A DNA stretch of 64,000 nucleotides from NCBI GenBank assembly GCA_965215505.1, contig OZ244065.1, positions 1,920,001 to 1,984,000 of the forward strand, written 5' to 3'. Made by a program: the position numbers and the translations under genes. Source of the stretch: Capsulimonadaceae bacterium (lineage in GTDB: Bacteria; Armatimonadota; Armatimonadia; Armatimonadales; Capsulimonadaceae). The notes below the pieces were generated by a model. The model saw only the letters and a list, made by a program, of their open reading frames with translations, did no database searches and was not told the origin of the DNA. Of this stretch, positions 36,333 to 48,900 are shown in pieces. Each line of letters begins with the position of its first letter. Within the stretch, counting starts at the first letter, position 1.

Positions 36333-36950
36333 TTGAAACTCATCGCCGACGCCCTGATTGACCTGCCGTTCACCCTCGACTTCTGCGCGCGGGGGCCGGA
36401 CGTGGACCCGCTGGTCTGCACCGTGAACGGCATGGATGCGACGCTCTTCTTCCCGCCCTCTCTGTCCGAAGGCACCGACGGCAAGGGCATCTTTGGAGAC
36501 TGGGCCTGGTGGACCGGCAAGACACTGCGCCTGGTCCTGGAACAGACCTTGGAAGGCGGCGAAGACACGGAAGCCTTGCGCGACACCGCCTTGGCGACGG
36601 GCCAGGAGGTTTTCCGCCGCTTCCTGAACGCCTACCGCTGGCGCTTCGGCCGGCCGGACGTCCACCCCATCACCCTGGACCCGCGCGTCCTGTCGCTCTC
36701 CGTGCAGCACGATGACGGCATCGTGGAGGCGCTGTCGGAACCGATGGCGGCCTTCTTCTACCAGAACATGCCGACCAAGCCGCCCCTGGAAACCTCGGTC
36801 AACACGACGACGCTGGACACATTGCGCGGCGACGTTCAGGCGGGTGTCGCGCCGCCGCTGGCTGGGCAGTTGCGGCTAGACGCCGAGGCGTTAGAGGCCC
36901 AGGGAGAGGCGGAGCGGGCGGAAATGGTGCGCGGGCTGATTCATTCGTGA
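36333..36950 (+). CDS. Hypothetical protein
   Basis: TTG start, host-like codon use, overlaps the next gene. Confidence 0.6.
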   Translation: MKLIADALIDLPFTLDFCARGPDVDPLVCTVNGMDATLFFPPSLSEGTDGKGIFGDWAWWTGKTLRLVLEQTLEGGEDTEALRDTALATGQEVFRRFLNAYRWRFGRPDVHPITLDPRVLSLSVQHDDGIVEALSEPMAAFFYQNMPTKPPLETSVNTTTLDTLRGDVQAGVAPPLAGQLRLDAEALEAQGEAERAEMVRGLIHS

Positions 36951-37321
36951 ACGCAGAGCCAACAGATTTCATCGAAGACGCGGCGGGGGTCATTGAGCAT
37001 TACGGGGGATGGCCTACGTTGCACGACGGCCAAATCCTAAACGTGAGCATTGACAGCCATGAGGGGACGATAGACGCATTGGTTGGCTTGTGCGATGCAG
37101 AGTTCCCGTCTGAGAGAGCAACGATTATGGCCTTACGGTGGGAAGGTGTTACTGATTTCCAACTGGCTTCGGCAAATCTTGACGGTGTTCTCTATGAAGT
37201 GGCGTTTGCCAGGACCAAAGGCGGAGCGGAAACGCGGTTCATATCAAAAACAGGCGGCATCACGGGGCGGATACGCGCCGCCCGCATCAAAGTCACCCGC
37301 TACGAACCGGGGGAAGAATGA
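36947..37321 (+). CDS. Imm50-like immunity protein
   Basis: YGGWPTLHDGQI resembles the G.WP.FHDAE motif of Imm50; lower GC; overlaps both neighbours. Confidence 0.6.
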   Translation: MNAEPTDFIEDAAGVIEHYGGWPTLHDGQILNVSIDSHEGTIDALVGLCDAEFPSERATIMALRWEGVTDFQLASANLDGVLYEVAFARTKGGAETRFISKTGGITGRIRAARIKVTRYEPGEE

Positions 37322-38340
37322 AGCAAGCAATACAGCATCTGATTGACGGCAACCATCTGACCGAGGCGGAGGCGTCCGACGTGATGCGGCAGATCATGGA
37401 GGGGAAGGCGACGGACGCGCAGATCGCCGCCCTCGCCGTGGCCCTGCGGATGAAGGGGGAGACGGTAGAGGAGATCACCGGCTTCGCCCGCGTCATGCGC
37501 GAGTATGCCGTTCCTGTCCCCGTCAGCACCGACAAGGTCATCGTGGACACTTGCGGGACGGGCGGCGACTCGCTGAAGACGTTCAACGTCTCAACAGCGG
37601 CGGCCTTAGTCGTGGCCGCCGATGGCCGGCTCGCCGTCGCCAAGCACGGGAACCGGGCGGCGACCTCTAAGTGCGGCAGCGCGGATGTTTTGGAGGCGTT
37701 GGGTGTCAAGCTGGACCTGCCGCCGGACCAGCTTGGGAAATGCATCGAAGAGGTCGGCATCGGGTTCTTGTTCGCGCCCTCCATGCACCCGTCGTTCCGG
37801 TATGCCGCCGGGCCGCGCAAGGAGATCGGCATCCGCACCGTCTTCAACCTGCTGGGACCATTGACGAACCCCGCCGGTGCGCCGGTGCAGCTTATCGGCG
37901 TATATGACGGCGCGGTCTGCGAGACTCTGGCCCATGTGCTCCGCAATCTAGGCAGCCACCGCGCTCTGCTCGTGCATGGCGTGGATGGATTGGATGAGCT
38001 GTCAACACTAGGTCTGACGGCAGTAAGCGAACTGAAGGATGGGCAGGTGACATCGTACACGCTGGACCCGGAGTGGGATTTGGGCATTGCGCGGGCGACC
38101 ATCGAACACATCGGGGGCTGTGAAAGCCCGGCCGAGAACGCCGACATCCTGCTGCACATCCTGAAGGGGAAGGACCGGGGGCCGCACCGGGACATCGTCC
38201 TGCTGAACGCGGCGGGGGTGCTGATGGTCGCGGGCGTGGAAGAGGATTTGGAGGCGGGCATGGAGCGCGCCGCCGCGCTGATCGACAGCGGTGCGTCGCT
38301 GGCGGCGCTGGAACGGCTGAAGGAGTTCACGAATGCCTGA
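37318..38340 (+). CDS. trpD: Anthranilate phosphoribosyltransferase
   Basis: DTCGTGGD, FNVST, KHGNR, GSADVLEALG, RTVFNLLGPLTNP, GLDE. Confidence 0.96.
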   Translation: MKQAIQHLIDGNHLTEAEASDVMRQIMEGKATDAQIAALAVALRMKGETVEEITGFARVMREYAVPVPVSTDKVIVDTCGTGGDSLKTFNVSTAAALVVAADGRLAVAKHGNRAATSKCGSADVLEALGVKLDLPPDQLGKCIEEVGIGFLFAPSMHPSFRYAAGPRKEIGIRTVFNLLGPLTNPAGAPVQLIGVYDGAVCETLAHVLRNLGSHRALLVHGVDGLDELSTLGLTAVSELKDGQVTSYTLDPEWDLGIARATIEHIGGCESPAENADILLHILKGKDRGPHRDIVLLNAAGVLMVAGVEEDLEAGMERAAALIDSGASLAALERLKEFTNA

Positions 38341-39139
38341 GCCGACGATCCTGGATACCATCCTGGCGCACAAGCGGGAGGAGGTGGCGGCGCGCAAGGC
38401 TAAGACGCCGTACATCGAGGAGGCCGCGCGAAACATCGGCTGGGTGTGCCGGGACTTCCTGCGCGCCCTGCAAGCGCCGCCGGTCGGTCTGCTCGCGCTG
38501 ATCGCCGAAGTCAAGAAAGCCTCGCCCTCGGCGGGCGTCATCCGGCCCGGTTTCGACCCGGTGCAGATCGCCCGCGTCTACGAGCAGAGCGGCGCGGCGT
38601 GCCTGTCCGTGCTGACCGATGAGCAGTTCTTTCAGGGCCATGACGCTTACCTGACGACGATCCGCACGGCGGTGGATGTGCCATTGCTGCGGAAAGACTT
38701 TGTTATAGACGCCTTCCAGATCTATGAGGCGCGCGTCATCGGGGCGGATGCGGTTCTCTTGATCGCGGCGGCCCTCAGCCCCACTCAGCTTGCCGACTAC
38801 CGCGCCCTGGCGGGAGAGATCGGGATGACGGCCTTGGTGGAGGTCCACACGGAGGCGGAGATGCAGGTCGCCTTGGGCGCGGGATCCAAGCTAATCGGCA
38901 TCAACAGTCGGGACTTGAACACATTCGTGACCGATCTGGGGACGGTGGAGCGGCTGGCAGCCCCGGTGCCGGACGGCGTGACATTAGTGGCGGAGAGCGG
39001 CATCAAGACGGTGGCCGATGTCAGACGCGTGGCGGAGGCGGGGGCGAAGGCGGTTCTGGTGGGCGAGACGTTCATGCGCGCGCCGGACATCGGGGCAGCG
39101 GTGCGGGGATTGCTGAGTTGGGAGGAGAAGCGACAATGA
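38333..39139 (+). CDS. trpC: Indole-3-glycerol phosphate synthase
   Basis: IAEVKKASPS, LSVLTD, LRKDF, LVEVH, GIN.RDL, ESGI. Confidence 0.96.
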   Translation: MPEPTILDTILAHKREEVAARKAKTPYIEEAARNIGWVCRDFLRALQAPPVGLLALIAEVKKASPSAGVIRPGFDPVQIARVYEQSGAACLSVLTDEQFFQGHDAYLTTIRTAVDVPLLRKDFVIDAFQIYEARVIGADAVLLIAAALSPTQLADYRALAGEIGMTALVEVHTEAEMQVALGAGSKLIGINSRDLNTFVTDLGTVERLAAPVPDGVTLVAESGIKTVADVRRVAEAGAKAVLVGETFMRAPDIGAAVRGLLSWEEKRQ

Positions 39140-39552
39140 ACCCTGACGAAAACAAACAGATCATCCGCGACTCTATCCAGGCGGTCTGGATAGAGCAGAA
39201 CATTGATGCGCTCCCGGACTTCTGGACGGCGGACTGCATCAACCATGCCATGCCGGATGGCGCGGACAACCGCGGGCTGGCCGTTCTTCGGGCTTACCAT
39301 GAGCAGTTCGGCGCCTTTCTTTCCGCCTTCTCGGACGTGCATATTGAGATCCTGCAACAGATCGCGGAGACGGATCGGGTCGTTACTCAACTGCTGACAC
39401 GCGCCCGGCATACAGAACCGTTCATGGGCATCTCCCCGACGGGGAAAGACGTCTCACTCGCAACCATCCGCATTGATCGTTTACAGGGCGGCAAGATCGC
39501 GGAACATTGGTCGGTCGCAGACATGGCCGGCTTCATGCAGCAGCTAACGTGA
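39136..39552 (+). CDS. SnoaL-like ester cyclase family protein
   Basis: AFSD...IAE.DRVV, H..PFMGI.PTGK, GKIAEHW. Confidence 0.85.
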   Translation: MNPDENKQIIRDSIQAVWIEQNIDALPDFWTADCINHAMPDGADNRGLAVLRAYHEQFGAFLSAFSDVHIEILQQIAETDRVVTQLLTRARHTEPFMGISPTGKDVSLATIRIDRLQGGKIAEHWSVADMAGFMQQLT

Positions 39553-39564
39553 CACCCCGCGTCT

Positions 39565-40551
39565 TCAAAGCGCTTCCCGGACGGCCTTGACGACCGTTTC
39601 TTCCGCCTCAGCCAGCGGCACGTTCAGGGTGCAGCCGGAGGCCATCCGGTGGCCGCCGCCGCCGAAGCGGGCGGCGATCTCGGCGACGTTCACGCTCTCG
39701 CGGGCGCGCAGGGAGACGCGGATGGGGCCGGCCTCCATCTCGCGGAACAGGATGCCGACCTCCGCGCCGCGCACGCCGCGCACATAGTTGACGACGCCCT
39801 CGGTGTCCTGATCGGTCGCGCCGAGGGTGCGGAAGTCGTGGGCCGTGATGCGGGTCCAGACGACCTGACCGTCGGGGGTCTGCGACAGGGCGGCGAGGGC
39901 GGCCCCGAGCAGGCGGGTGGCGGCGAAGGTGCGGTTGTCGAAGACGTGTTCGGAGACGTGCGCGGGCGGCGCACCGGCTTCAAGCAACTTTGCGGCGACG
40001 CGCAGGGTGTTGGGGGTGACGTTCTGGAAGCGGAACGAGCCGGTATCGGTGATGATGCCGGTGAAGAGGCAGGTGGCGATTTGGGGCGTGACGGGCACGT
40101 CGAGCGTCTGGAGCAGGGCGTAGACGATCTCCGCCGTCGAAGCCGCCAAGGCATCGAGGACGCGGATGTCACCGAAAGCACCCGCCGTGACGTGGTGGTC
40201 AATGTCCACGACGCGCCGGGCGCGGGCGATGAGCGGCTTGACCATCTCGCCGACACGGGCCAGCTCGCCGCTGTCCACGACGAGTGCCAGGTCGAACGTG
40301 GGAACGTCCGTCGCCATGACGATCATTTCCGCACCCGGCAGGAAGCGCAGGATGTCGGGGACACCGTCTTGGGAAAGGCAGACGAGGTCTTTGCCCAAGG
40401 GGATCAAGGCCAGGGCCAGCCCGAGCAGAGAGCCGAGCGCATCGCCGTCGGGATTGACGTGGCAGGCCATAACGATGGTTTGGCTTTCACCGATGGCCGC
40501 GACCGTTTCGGCGAGAGGCCGCATCAGGGCGTTGGCTTCGGCGGTGTTCAT
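39565..40551 (-). CDS. nrnA: DHH-family oligoribonuclease/PAP phosphatase
   Basis: H.NPDGDALGS, DIDHH, TDTGSF, GGGGH..ASG. Confidence 0.9.
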   Translation of the reverse strand: MNTAEANALMRPLAETVAAIGESQTIVMACHVNPDGDALGSLLGLALALIPLGKDLVCLSQDGVPDILRFLPGAEMIVMATDVPTFDLALVVDSGELARVGEMVKPLIARARRVVDIDHHVTAGAFGDIRVLDALAASTAEIVYALLQTLDVPVTPQIATCLFTGIITDTGSFRFQNVTPNTLRVAAKLLEAGAPPAHVSEHVFDNRTFAATRLLGAALAALSQTPDGQVVWTRITAHDFRTLGATDQDTEGVVNYVRGVRGAEVGILFREMEAGPIRVSLRARESVNVAEIAARFGGGGHRMASGCTLNVPLAEAEETVVKAVREAL

Positions 40552-40967
40552 TCTGCCGCTCCGGCTTCTTCCAGAGGCGCTTCGGCTTCTTCGGCGGGCG
40601 GCTTGGGCCGGGCGTCGTCCTCGCGTTTGACCTGTTCCAGCACTTCAAAGATGTGGCTGCCGCGCTCGATGGCCTCGTCATACTTGAAGGTCAGAGACGG
40701 GACGTTGATGAACGCCTTGGACTTCTTGAGCTGCTCGCGCAGGACGCCGGTCGCGCCGCGCAGCAGGTTCAGCTTGTCGCGCCGGGCTTCTTCGGTCCCG
40801 AGGACGCTGACGTAGACCGTCGCCTGCTTGTAGTCGGCCGTCACATCCACGTCGGTGATGGACAGCAGGCCCTCCTGGAAGCGCGGGTCGCGCATCTCGC
40901 GCCGGATGATCTCGGACAGCACTTCGCGGAGCTGGTCCTGCAACCTCTGTTTACGGGTCGCTGGCAT
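40548..40967 (-). CDS. rbfA: Ribosome-binding factor A
   Basis: MRDPR...SITDVDVT.D...A.VYVS, P.L.F.YD. Confidence 0.92.
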   Translation of the reverse strand: MPATRKQRLQDQLREVLSEIIRREMRDPRFQEGLLSITDVDVTADYKQATVYVSVLGTEEARRDKLNLLRGATGVLREQLKKSKAFINVPSLTFKYDEAIERGSHIFEVLEQVKREDDARPKPPAEEAEAPLEEAGAAE

Positions 40968-40978
40968 GGTAGTCTCTT

Positions 40979-41260
40979 TCAGAGCATCTCGATCTCGCTG
41001 TGGCCTAGATCCACGCGCGGGTTGCTCTCGATGTGGTCAATCACTTTGTCTAGCACTTGGTGGGCGAACGAGGCGTCCGTGGCGACAAGGGCGATGCCGA
41101 TGGTCGCCTTGCGCCAGATGTCGTGGTCGCCCACTTCCGTGGCCGAGATGTTGAACTCGCTCCGCAGGTGGGCGAGCAGGCTTTTCAAAACCTGCCGCTT
41201 GTCCTTGAGCGAGTTCGCCTCCTCGATGTGCAGTTCCGCCGTCAGAAGGCCGATGGTCAT
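40979..41260 (-). CDS. DUF503 (YlxP) family protein
   Basis: SLKDKRQVLKSL...FNIS..EVG.HD.W. Confidence 0.9.
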   Translation of the reverse strand: MTIGLLTAELHIEEANSLKDKRQVLKSLLAHLRSEFNISATEVGDHDIWRKATIGIALVATDASFAHQVLDKVIDHIESNPRVDLGHSEIEML

Positions 41261-41295
41261 AGGAAAAGAGGGCGGGTTTCCCCGGCCCCCGTGGG

Positions 41296-43431
<2,136 letters not shown>

Positions 43432-43465
43432 AGAATCAATTCACCTCTCGTTTGCATCGTTTAAT

Positions 43466-43819
43466 TCATTCGGTCGCTCCTGTGGGCTGCACGGCGGCCC
43501 CAGTTTTTTCCGTTACTTCTTTGGCTGCTTCTTCCTTCGTGACCTTTGCCGCGAGGCTTTTCAGGGCCTCCGCCAGTGCAGGCGGCACCGAGCCGGCGGA
43601 CAGGGAGCGCTCAAAACGCTTCTGCTTGATGGCCTTGTCAATGCAGTCGGCGGAGGCGCAGATATACGCGCCCCGCCCGTTGGCCTTCCCGGTGGGGTCC
43701 ACGGCGACGCCGCCGCCATCCTTCTGCGGGGCGCGGACGACCCGGAGCAGGGTCTTCTTCTCCGACGGCTGCCGGCAGACCACGCAGGTCCGTATCGGGA
43801 TGTGGCGCGTTTTCATCAT
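43466..43819 (-). CDS. ylxR: YlxR (DUF448) RNA-binding protein
   Basis: P.RTCVVCR...K..LLRVV, GRGAYIC. Confidence 0.9.
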   Translation of the reverse strand: MMKTRHIPIRTCVVCRQPSEKKTLLRVVRAPQKDGGGVAVDPTGKANGRGAYICASADCIDKAIKQKRFERSLSAGSVPPALAEALKSLAAKVTKEEAAKEVTEKTGAAVQPTGATE

Positions 43820-43880
43820 CGTTATGGGTCGTCAGGCGGCCCCGACAGCCTCACGGCAGGTCCAAGCCACCCGACCAACT

Positions 43881-45116
43881 CTAGCCCTCATCGTCCTCTT
43901 CGTCCAGCATCTTCAGCATGTCGGCCGTGATGGTCACTTCGTCGCCGTAGGCGACGGCGTCGCCGCTCTCGTCGGTCGGCAGGACGACGGCACCCTCGCC
44001 GGCCAGGGCGGAAGCCGCCGTGCGGCCCGCGCCGCGCTCCTCGGCCTCGACCTCCTCGGCGGCCCGCGTGAAGGCGGCCTTGGCCTCCTGCGACTCGGAG
44101 CGGATGTCGATGCGCCAGCCGGTCAGGCGGGCGGCCAGCCGGACGTTCTGGCCGGACTTGCCGATGGCGAGCGAGAGCATGCTGTCCGGGACGAGGACGA
44201 AGCAGGACTTCTTCTCCTCGTTGACGCGCACCTGGACGCTCTTGGCGGGCGACAGGCTCTCCTGGACGAACTGCTTGACGTCGGCGCTCCAGCGGACGAT
44301 GTCTATCTTCTCGTCGTAAAGCTCCGAGACGACCGCCTGGACGCGCGCTCCCCGGTGGCCGACGCACGCGCCGACCGGGTCAATCCGATCCTCCTCGGAG
44401 GCGACGGCGATCTTGGAGCGCGCGCCGGCCTCGCGGGCGACGCTCTTGATCAGCACGGAGCCGTCGGCGATCTCGGGGACTTCCAGCTCGAACAGCCTTC
44501 GGATCAGGCTGGGGTGCGAGCGCGAAACGATCACCTGCGGGCCGCGCGTGGACTTACGCACTTCCAGCAAGTATACCTTAATCCGGTCGTTAAACCGGTA
44601 AGGCTCGGTGGGCACCTGCTCCTGCTTGGGCAGCAAAGCCTCCAGCTTGCCGATGTTGATGTAGACGTTGCCCATCTCGGTGCGCTGCACGATGCCCGTG
44701 GCGACCTCGCCGATCTTGGCATTGTACTCGTCGAAGACCTTCTCCCGCTCGGTCTCGCGGAACTCCTGCATCATCACCTGCCGGGCGGTCTGGGCGGCGA
44801 TGCGGCCGAAGTTCTCGGGCGTGACCATGATCGGGATCATGTCGCCGAGGACGGCGTCGGCCTTGATCTTGTGGGCGGAGTCGAGCGTCATTTCGGCGTG
44901 TTCGTTGGTGACGGCCTCGACCACCATCTTCTCGGCGGAGAACTTGAAGGCGTTCTTGGCCGTGGTGTCGATGTGGACGGCAACGTCCCCGGCGATGCCG
45001 TAGTGCTTCTTGTAGGCCTTGCCGAGTGCTATTTCCAGAGTCTTGAGCAGCGTGGCGAAAGGGATGTCTTTTTCCTTTTCGATCTGCCGCAGGGCTTCAA
45101 TAAAATCGCCGTTCAT
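43881..45116 (-). CDS. nusA: Transcription termination factor NusA
   Basis: [51 protein letters not shown]. Confidence 0.97.
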   Translation of the reverse strand: MNGDFIEALRQIEKEKDIPFATLLKTLEIALGKAYKKHYGIAGDVAVHIDTTAKNAFKFSAEKMVVEAVTNEHAEMTLDSAHKIKADAVLGDMIPIMVTPENFGRIAAQTARQVMMQEFRETEREKVFDEYNAKIGEVATGIVQRTEMGNVYINIGKLEALLPKQEQVPTEPYRFNDRIKVYLLEVRKSTRGPQVIVSRSHPSLIRRLFELEVPEIADGSVLIKSVAREAGARSKIAVASEEDRIDPVGACVGHRGARVQAVVSELYDEKIDIVRWSADVKQFVQESLSPAKSVQVRVNEEKKSCFVLVPDSMLSLAIGKSGQNVRLAARLTGWRIDIRSESQEAKAAFTRAAEEVEAEERGAGRTAASALAGEGAVVLPTDESGDAVAYGDEVTITADMLKMLDEEDDEG

Positions 45117-45196
45117 AAAGTTTTTCCATGCTCCCCAGTGCGGACGCAAAAAACGGATGCAAAAAGACGGACGCGGAACAGACAGGCGAACAGACA

Positions 45197-45228
45197 GAAA
45201 GAGCGGGCGCAATGCCCGCTCTTTTCAG
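45197..45228 (-). promoter_or_regulatory. rimP/nusA-leader-like hairpin (attenuator candidate)
   Basis: GAAAAGAGCGGGC-ATTGC-GCCCGCTCTTTC just downstream of the promoter. Confidence 0.55.
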
Positions 45229-45255
45229 AAGTGTGTTCTCTGAAACTGATGTACC

Positions 45256-45284
45256 ATTATAGCACACCGCCCGTGGTTTTGCAA
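45256..45284 (-). promoter_or_regulatory. sigma70 promoter of the nusA-infB operon
   Basis: TTGCAA-17-TATAAT with TGn extended -10. Confidence 0.75.
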
Positions 45285-45415
45285 GGCCGCCCCGCGGCGC
45301 GCACCGTGACCGGGGATACAGACCGGCGGTTCAACCCCCGATACTACGGTTGCTATGGACGTATAACACTGGGGGCGAGGGCCGGGTTCCTGTGAGGCTT
45401 CGCTGCGGGGACTTG

Positions 45416-45763
45416 CTACAGGGTCCCGCCGAGGCTGCCGTCCTCGCCGAAGACGAGGGTGCGGTCGGAGACGTCGGTGCCCACGGTGTCGCCGCTCACG
45501 CCGGCGGGTGTGAGGAGGCCGTCGAAGTCCTCGGCCGTCGGCTTCCGGCCCTTGGCGCCGCGCAGGCCGTTCGCGGCGTCTATCTCCTTCTCGTGCGGCG
45601 TCTCGGTGACGGACGCGACGTAGTCGCCCAGGCTGTGGTCAACGGGTGCGCCGGCGAGGATGGCCCTGTCGGCGGTCTCCTGCGCGGCGTCGCGGAAGGC
45701 GGGCTTGTCGGGCTGGGCGCTCGTCAGGGCGTCCGTGGCGCGCGGGGTGGCATCGGTTGCCAT
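45416..45763 (-). CDS. Hypothetical acidic protein
   Basis: AAAGGA RBS before MATDATP; host-like codon use. Confidence 0.6.
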   Translation of the reverse strand: MATDATPRATDALTSAQPDKPAFRDAAQETADRAILAGAPVDHSLGDYVASVTETPHEKEIDAANGLRGAKGRKPTAEDFDGLLTPAGVSGDTVGTDVSDRTLVFGEDGSLGGTL

Positions 45764-45876
45764 GGGTGTTAGGTCCTTTCTCTCGGCGGCTTGCTGTCGG
45801 CGGCGTACTGTCGGTTGTCCCCGGCCCGTGGCGGGGGTAAACCCCCGGCGCGAGGGCCTTTGTTTACAGTGTACGC

Positions 45877-45905
45877 TTGACAACGGAACAAAAGTGCCGG
45901 ATAAT
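45877..45905 (+). promoter_or_regulatory. sigma70 promoter for the kinase gene
   Basis: TTGACA-17-GATAAT. Confidence 0.6.
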
Positions 45906-45921
45906 GAAGTCGGAATCACTC

Positions 45922-48900
45922 ATGAACACCTACCCAGACAGTGACGGGAGCGGGGCGACACAGGGCGGGGGCGGCGAGGCGCTGCTGCGGCAGTCGGCGC
46001 TGATCGTGGCGGACGACACCCGCTCGCCGCTCCCCCTGTTGCTGGCTTTGGCCTCTCGGGCACTCGGGACCGCGCAGGCCGCCCTCTTCCGCGTGGGGCC
46101 GGGGGACGCCCTCCAGCTCCTCGAAGGGGACGCTGCGGCGGCGCTCCGTGCCAGCGCCGCCGGCCTCCTCGCCTCGCACCGGCTTGACGACGTGCGGCGG
46201 AACGGGCGGGCGGCGGACTGCGGCGAGGGCGCGGCCCTGCTGTTCGGGGCATCGGGGGAGCCGCTGGGCGTGTGGGCAGCAGTCCTGCCCCCGGAGGGCC
46301 TGGAGCGGTGGCACCGGCTTTCCCCAGCATTGGCCCCATTCTTCCTCATCGGCCTGCGGCAGACGCTCTGGCGGGACGAGATCGAGGCCGCACGGACACA
46401 GGTAGAGCGGCGCATCCGCGAGGTCGCCACGGTGTACGACATCGGCCAGGCGATGGACAAGGTGGAGATAGACCGGCTGCTGGACATGGTCACGGAGAAG
46501 GCGGCGGCCGTCATGGAGGCGCAGGCTTGCTCGCTCCTGCTGAAGCTGCCCGAGTCCGACTCGCTGGTCATCGCCGCCTCGCACGGCCTGCCCGACGATG
46601 TGGTGGAGAACGCCCGCATTTTCGTCGGCAGCAGCATCGCGGGCCGCGTGGTCGAGACGGGCGAGCCGCTGCTGCTGAACTCGCTGGCCGATGACCCCCG
46701 GTTCCACGGGTCCTCGGTCCACAGCGTCCCCGACGTCTCCTCCTCGATCTGCATGCCGATGAAGAACGAGGACGGCGCGGTCCAGGGGGTGCTGTGCATC
46801 CGCCGCCGGGCCGCCGCGCCCGTCTTCACCGAGGAAGACCTGCGTTTGTTCTCCATCTTCGCGACTCAGGCGGGGCTTGCGATCAACAACGCGCAGCTCT
46901 ATGCCCGGCTCAACCACAAGCTCCAGGAGTTGTCCACGCTGGCCGCTTTGACCGAGACGATCACGTCCACGCTGGACCTGGACCAGGTGCTGAATCAGGT
47001 GGCCGACAACATCGTGGACGTCGTCCACTTCGACCGCTGCCGGATCTATCTGCTGGACATGGAGACGGGCCGGTTCTCGCCGCGCATCGTGCGCGGCTTC
47101 CGCCGGGCCTCCTCCGACGACCCGGACGCCGAAGTCGGGATCGGCGAGGGCGTAGTCGGGATGGTCGCCCAGCGGCAGTCGCCGCTGCTGGTGGAACACG
47201 TCGCACAGGCGAGGCCGGGCGAGCGGGAGTATGGGCTGGCCCTGGAGATGGAGGCGTTCTACGCCCAGCCGATCGTCGCACGCGGGCGGTGCATCGGGGT
47301 CATCGTGGTCAGCAACACCGGCCCGCAGCGGCCCATCGCGCGCGGGGACATCGAGCTGCTCTCGACGTTCGTCCACCAGGCGGGCATCGCCATCGAGAAC
47401 GCCCGGATCATCGCCGGGCAGGAGAAGCGGTACGCCGAGCTGACCACGCTCTACGAGGTGAGTAAGACCCTGGCGGCCACCTCGGGGGTGCAGAAGGCGG
47501 CCCAGACGGTCAACGACCTGGCGACCCAGATCACCGACAGCGATGCCGGCCTGCTGCTGCTGTTCGACGGGACGCAGGAGGGCCTGAGCGCGCTGCACTG
47601 GCGGGGTGTCTCGGACGTGCTGGGCAAGCGGCTCCGCTCGTTCATCACGCCGGTCCCGGTGTCTGCCCCCGCCCGCGCCCTGCGCGCGCCGCGGCTGCTG
47701 ACGCCGGAGGGGGCGGAGCAGGTCTTCGGGCCGGAGTGGCGGCCCGTCTTCGAGTCCTTCCTGACCCACCACCGCGCGACCGCGCTGGTGCCGCTGGTGG
47801 TGGACGACGCCGCCGTGGGCTTCCTGATCCTCGGCAAGCACGGCACGGACTACGGGGACCAGGAGCTGAAGCTGATCGCGGTCGCCTCCTCGCAGGCGGC
47901 CACCGTCCTCCGCAGCGCGTCCTCCTATGAGCGCCGCATCGGGCAGCGCGACCTGGAGCTGTCGGCGGTCTACGAGCTGATGCAGAAGGTCCGGGCGGCG
48001 ACGACGCTGGAGGAGGCGCTGTCGTCCATCCTGGACATCGTCGCAAGCCTCGTCTGGAGCGACGAGTCCTCGCTGCTGACGGTGGACGAGGGCGGGCAGA
48101 CCATGACGGTCCGGGCGGCGCGGGGCGAGCGGGCCGAGGAGATCGTCGGGCGCGGGACGCTGCCGATGGGCGGGGACAGCATCGCCGCGCGCGCCCTGCG
48201 CGCCCGAACCGGGCTGATCGCGTCGGACATCCTGGACGGCGGCGAGACGCCCCGCTCGCGCTCGCGCATGGCGATTCCGCTGGTGGTCGCCGAGGAGCTG
48301 ATCGGCGTCCTGATGATGGAGAGCCGGACACCGGACCTCTACACCGAGGACAGCGTCATGATGCTGCACCTGGTCGCCTCGCAGGCGGCCACGATCTACC
48401 GGGAGATGACCTCGCTCCGGAACCTGACCCGGTACACCGACAACATCCTGCGCTCGATCGCGGCGGGCGTCATCACCGTGGACAAGCATGGCTACGTCGT
48501 CACCTGGAACAAGCGGGCCGAGGAGATCGTCCGGCTGAACGCGGGCCAGGTCATCGGCCGGCACTACCGCCAGTTCATCAAGATGCTCCAGCTCGACCGG
48601 GCCGTGCGCGAGGAGACCATGCACATGGTCGAGCTGACGGCCCAGACGGGCAAGGTCTTCACCCGCAACCAGCTCTGCTACCCGGACGCGCGGGGCGAGG
48701 AGACCTACATCAACCTGAGCGCCTCCCAGCTCCGCAGCGAGTCGGGGGACTCGCTTGGCGTCGTGGTCATCTTTGAAGACGTCACCAACGAGGTCCAGAT
48801 GAAGGAGGAGGTGGAGCGGGTTTCCAAGCTGGCCGAGACCGGCCAGCTCGCGGCGAACATCGCCCACGAGCTGCGTAACCCTTTGTCCTCCATCAAGGGT

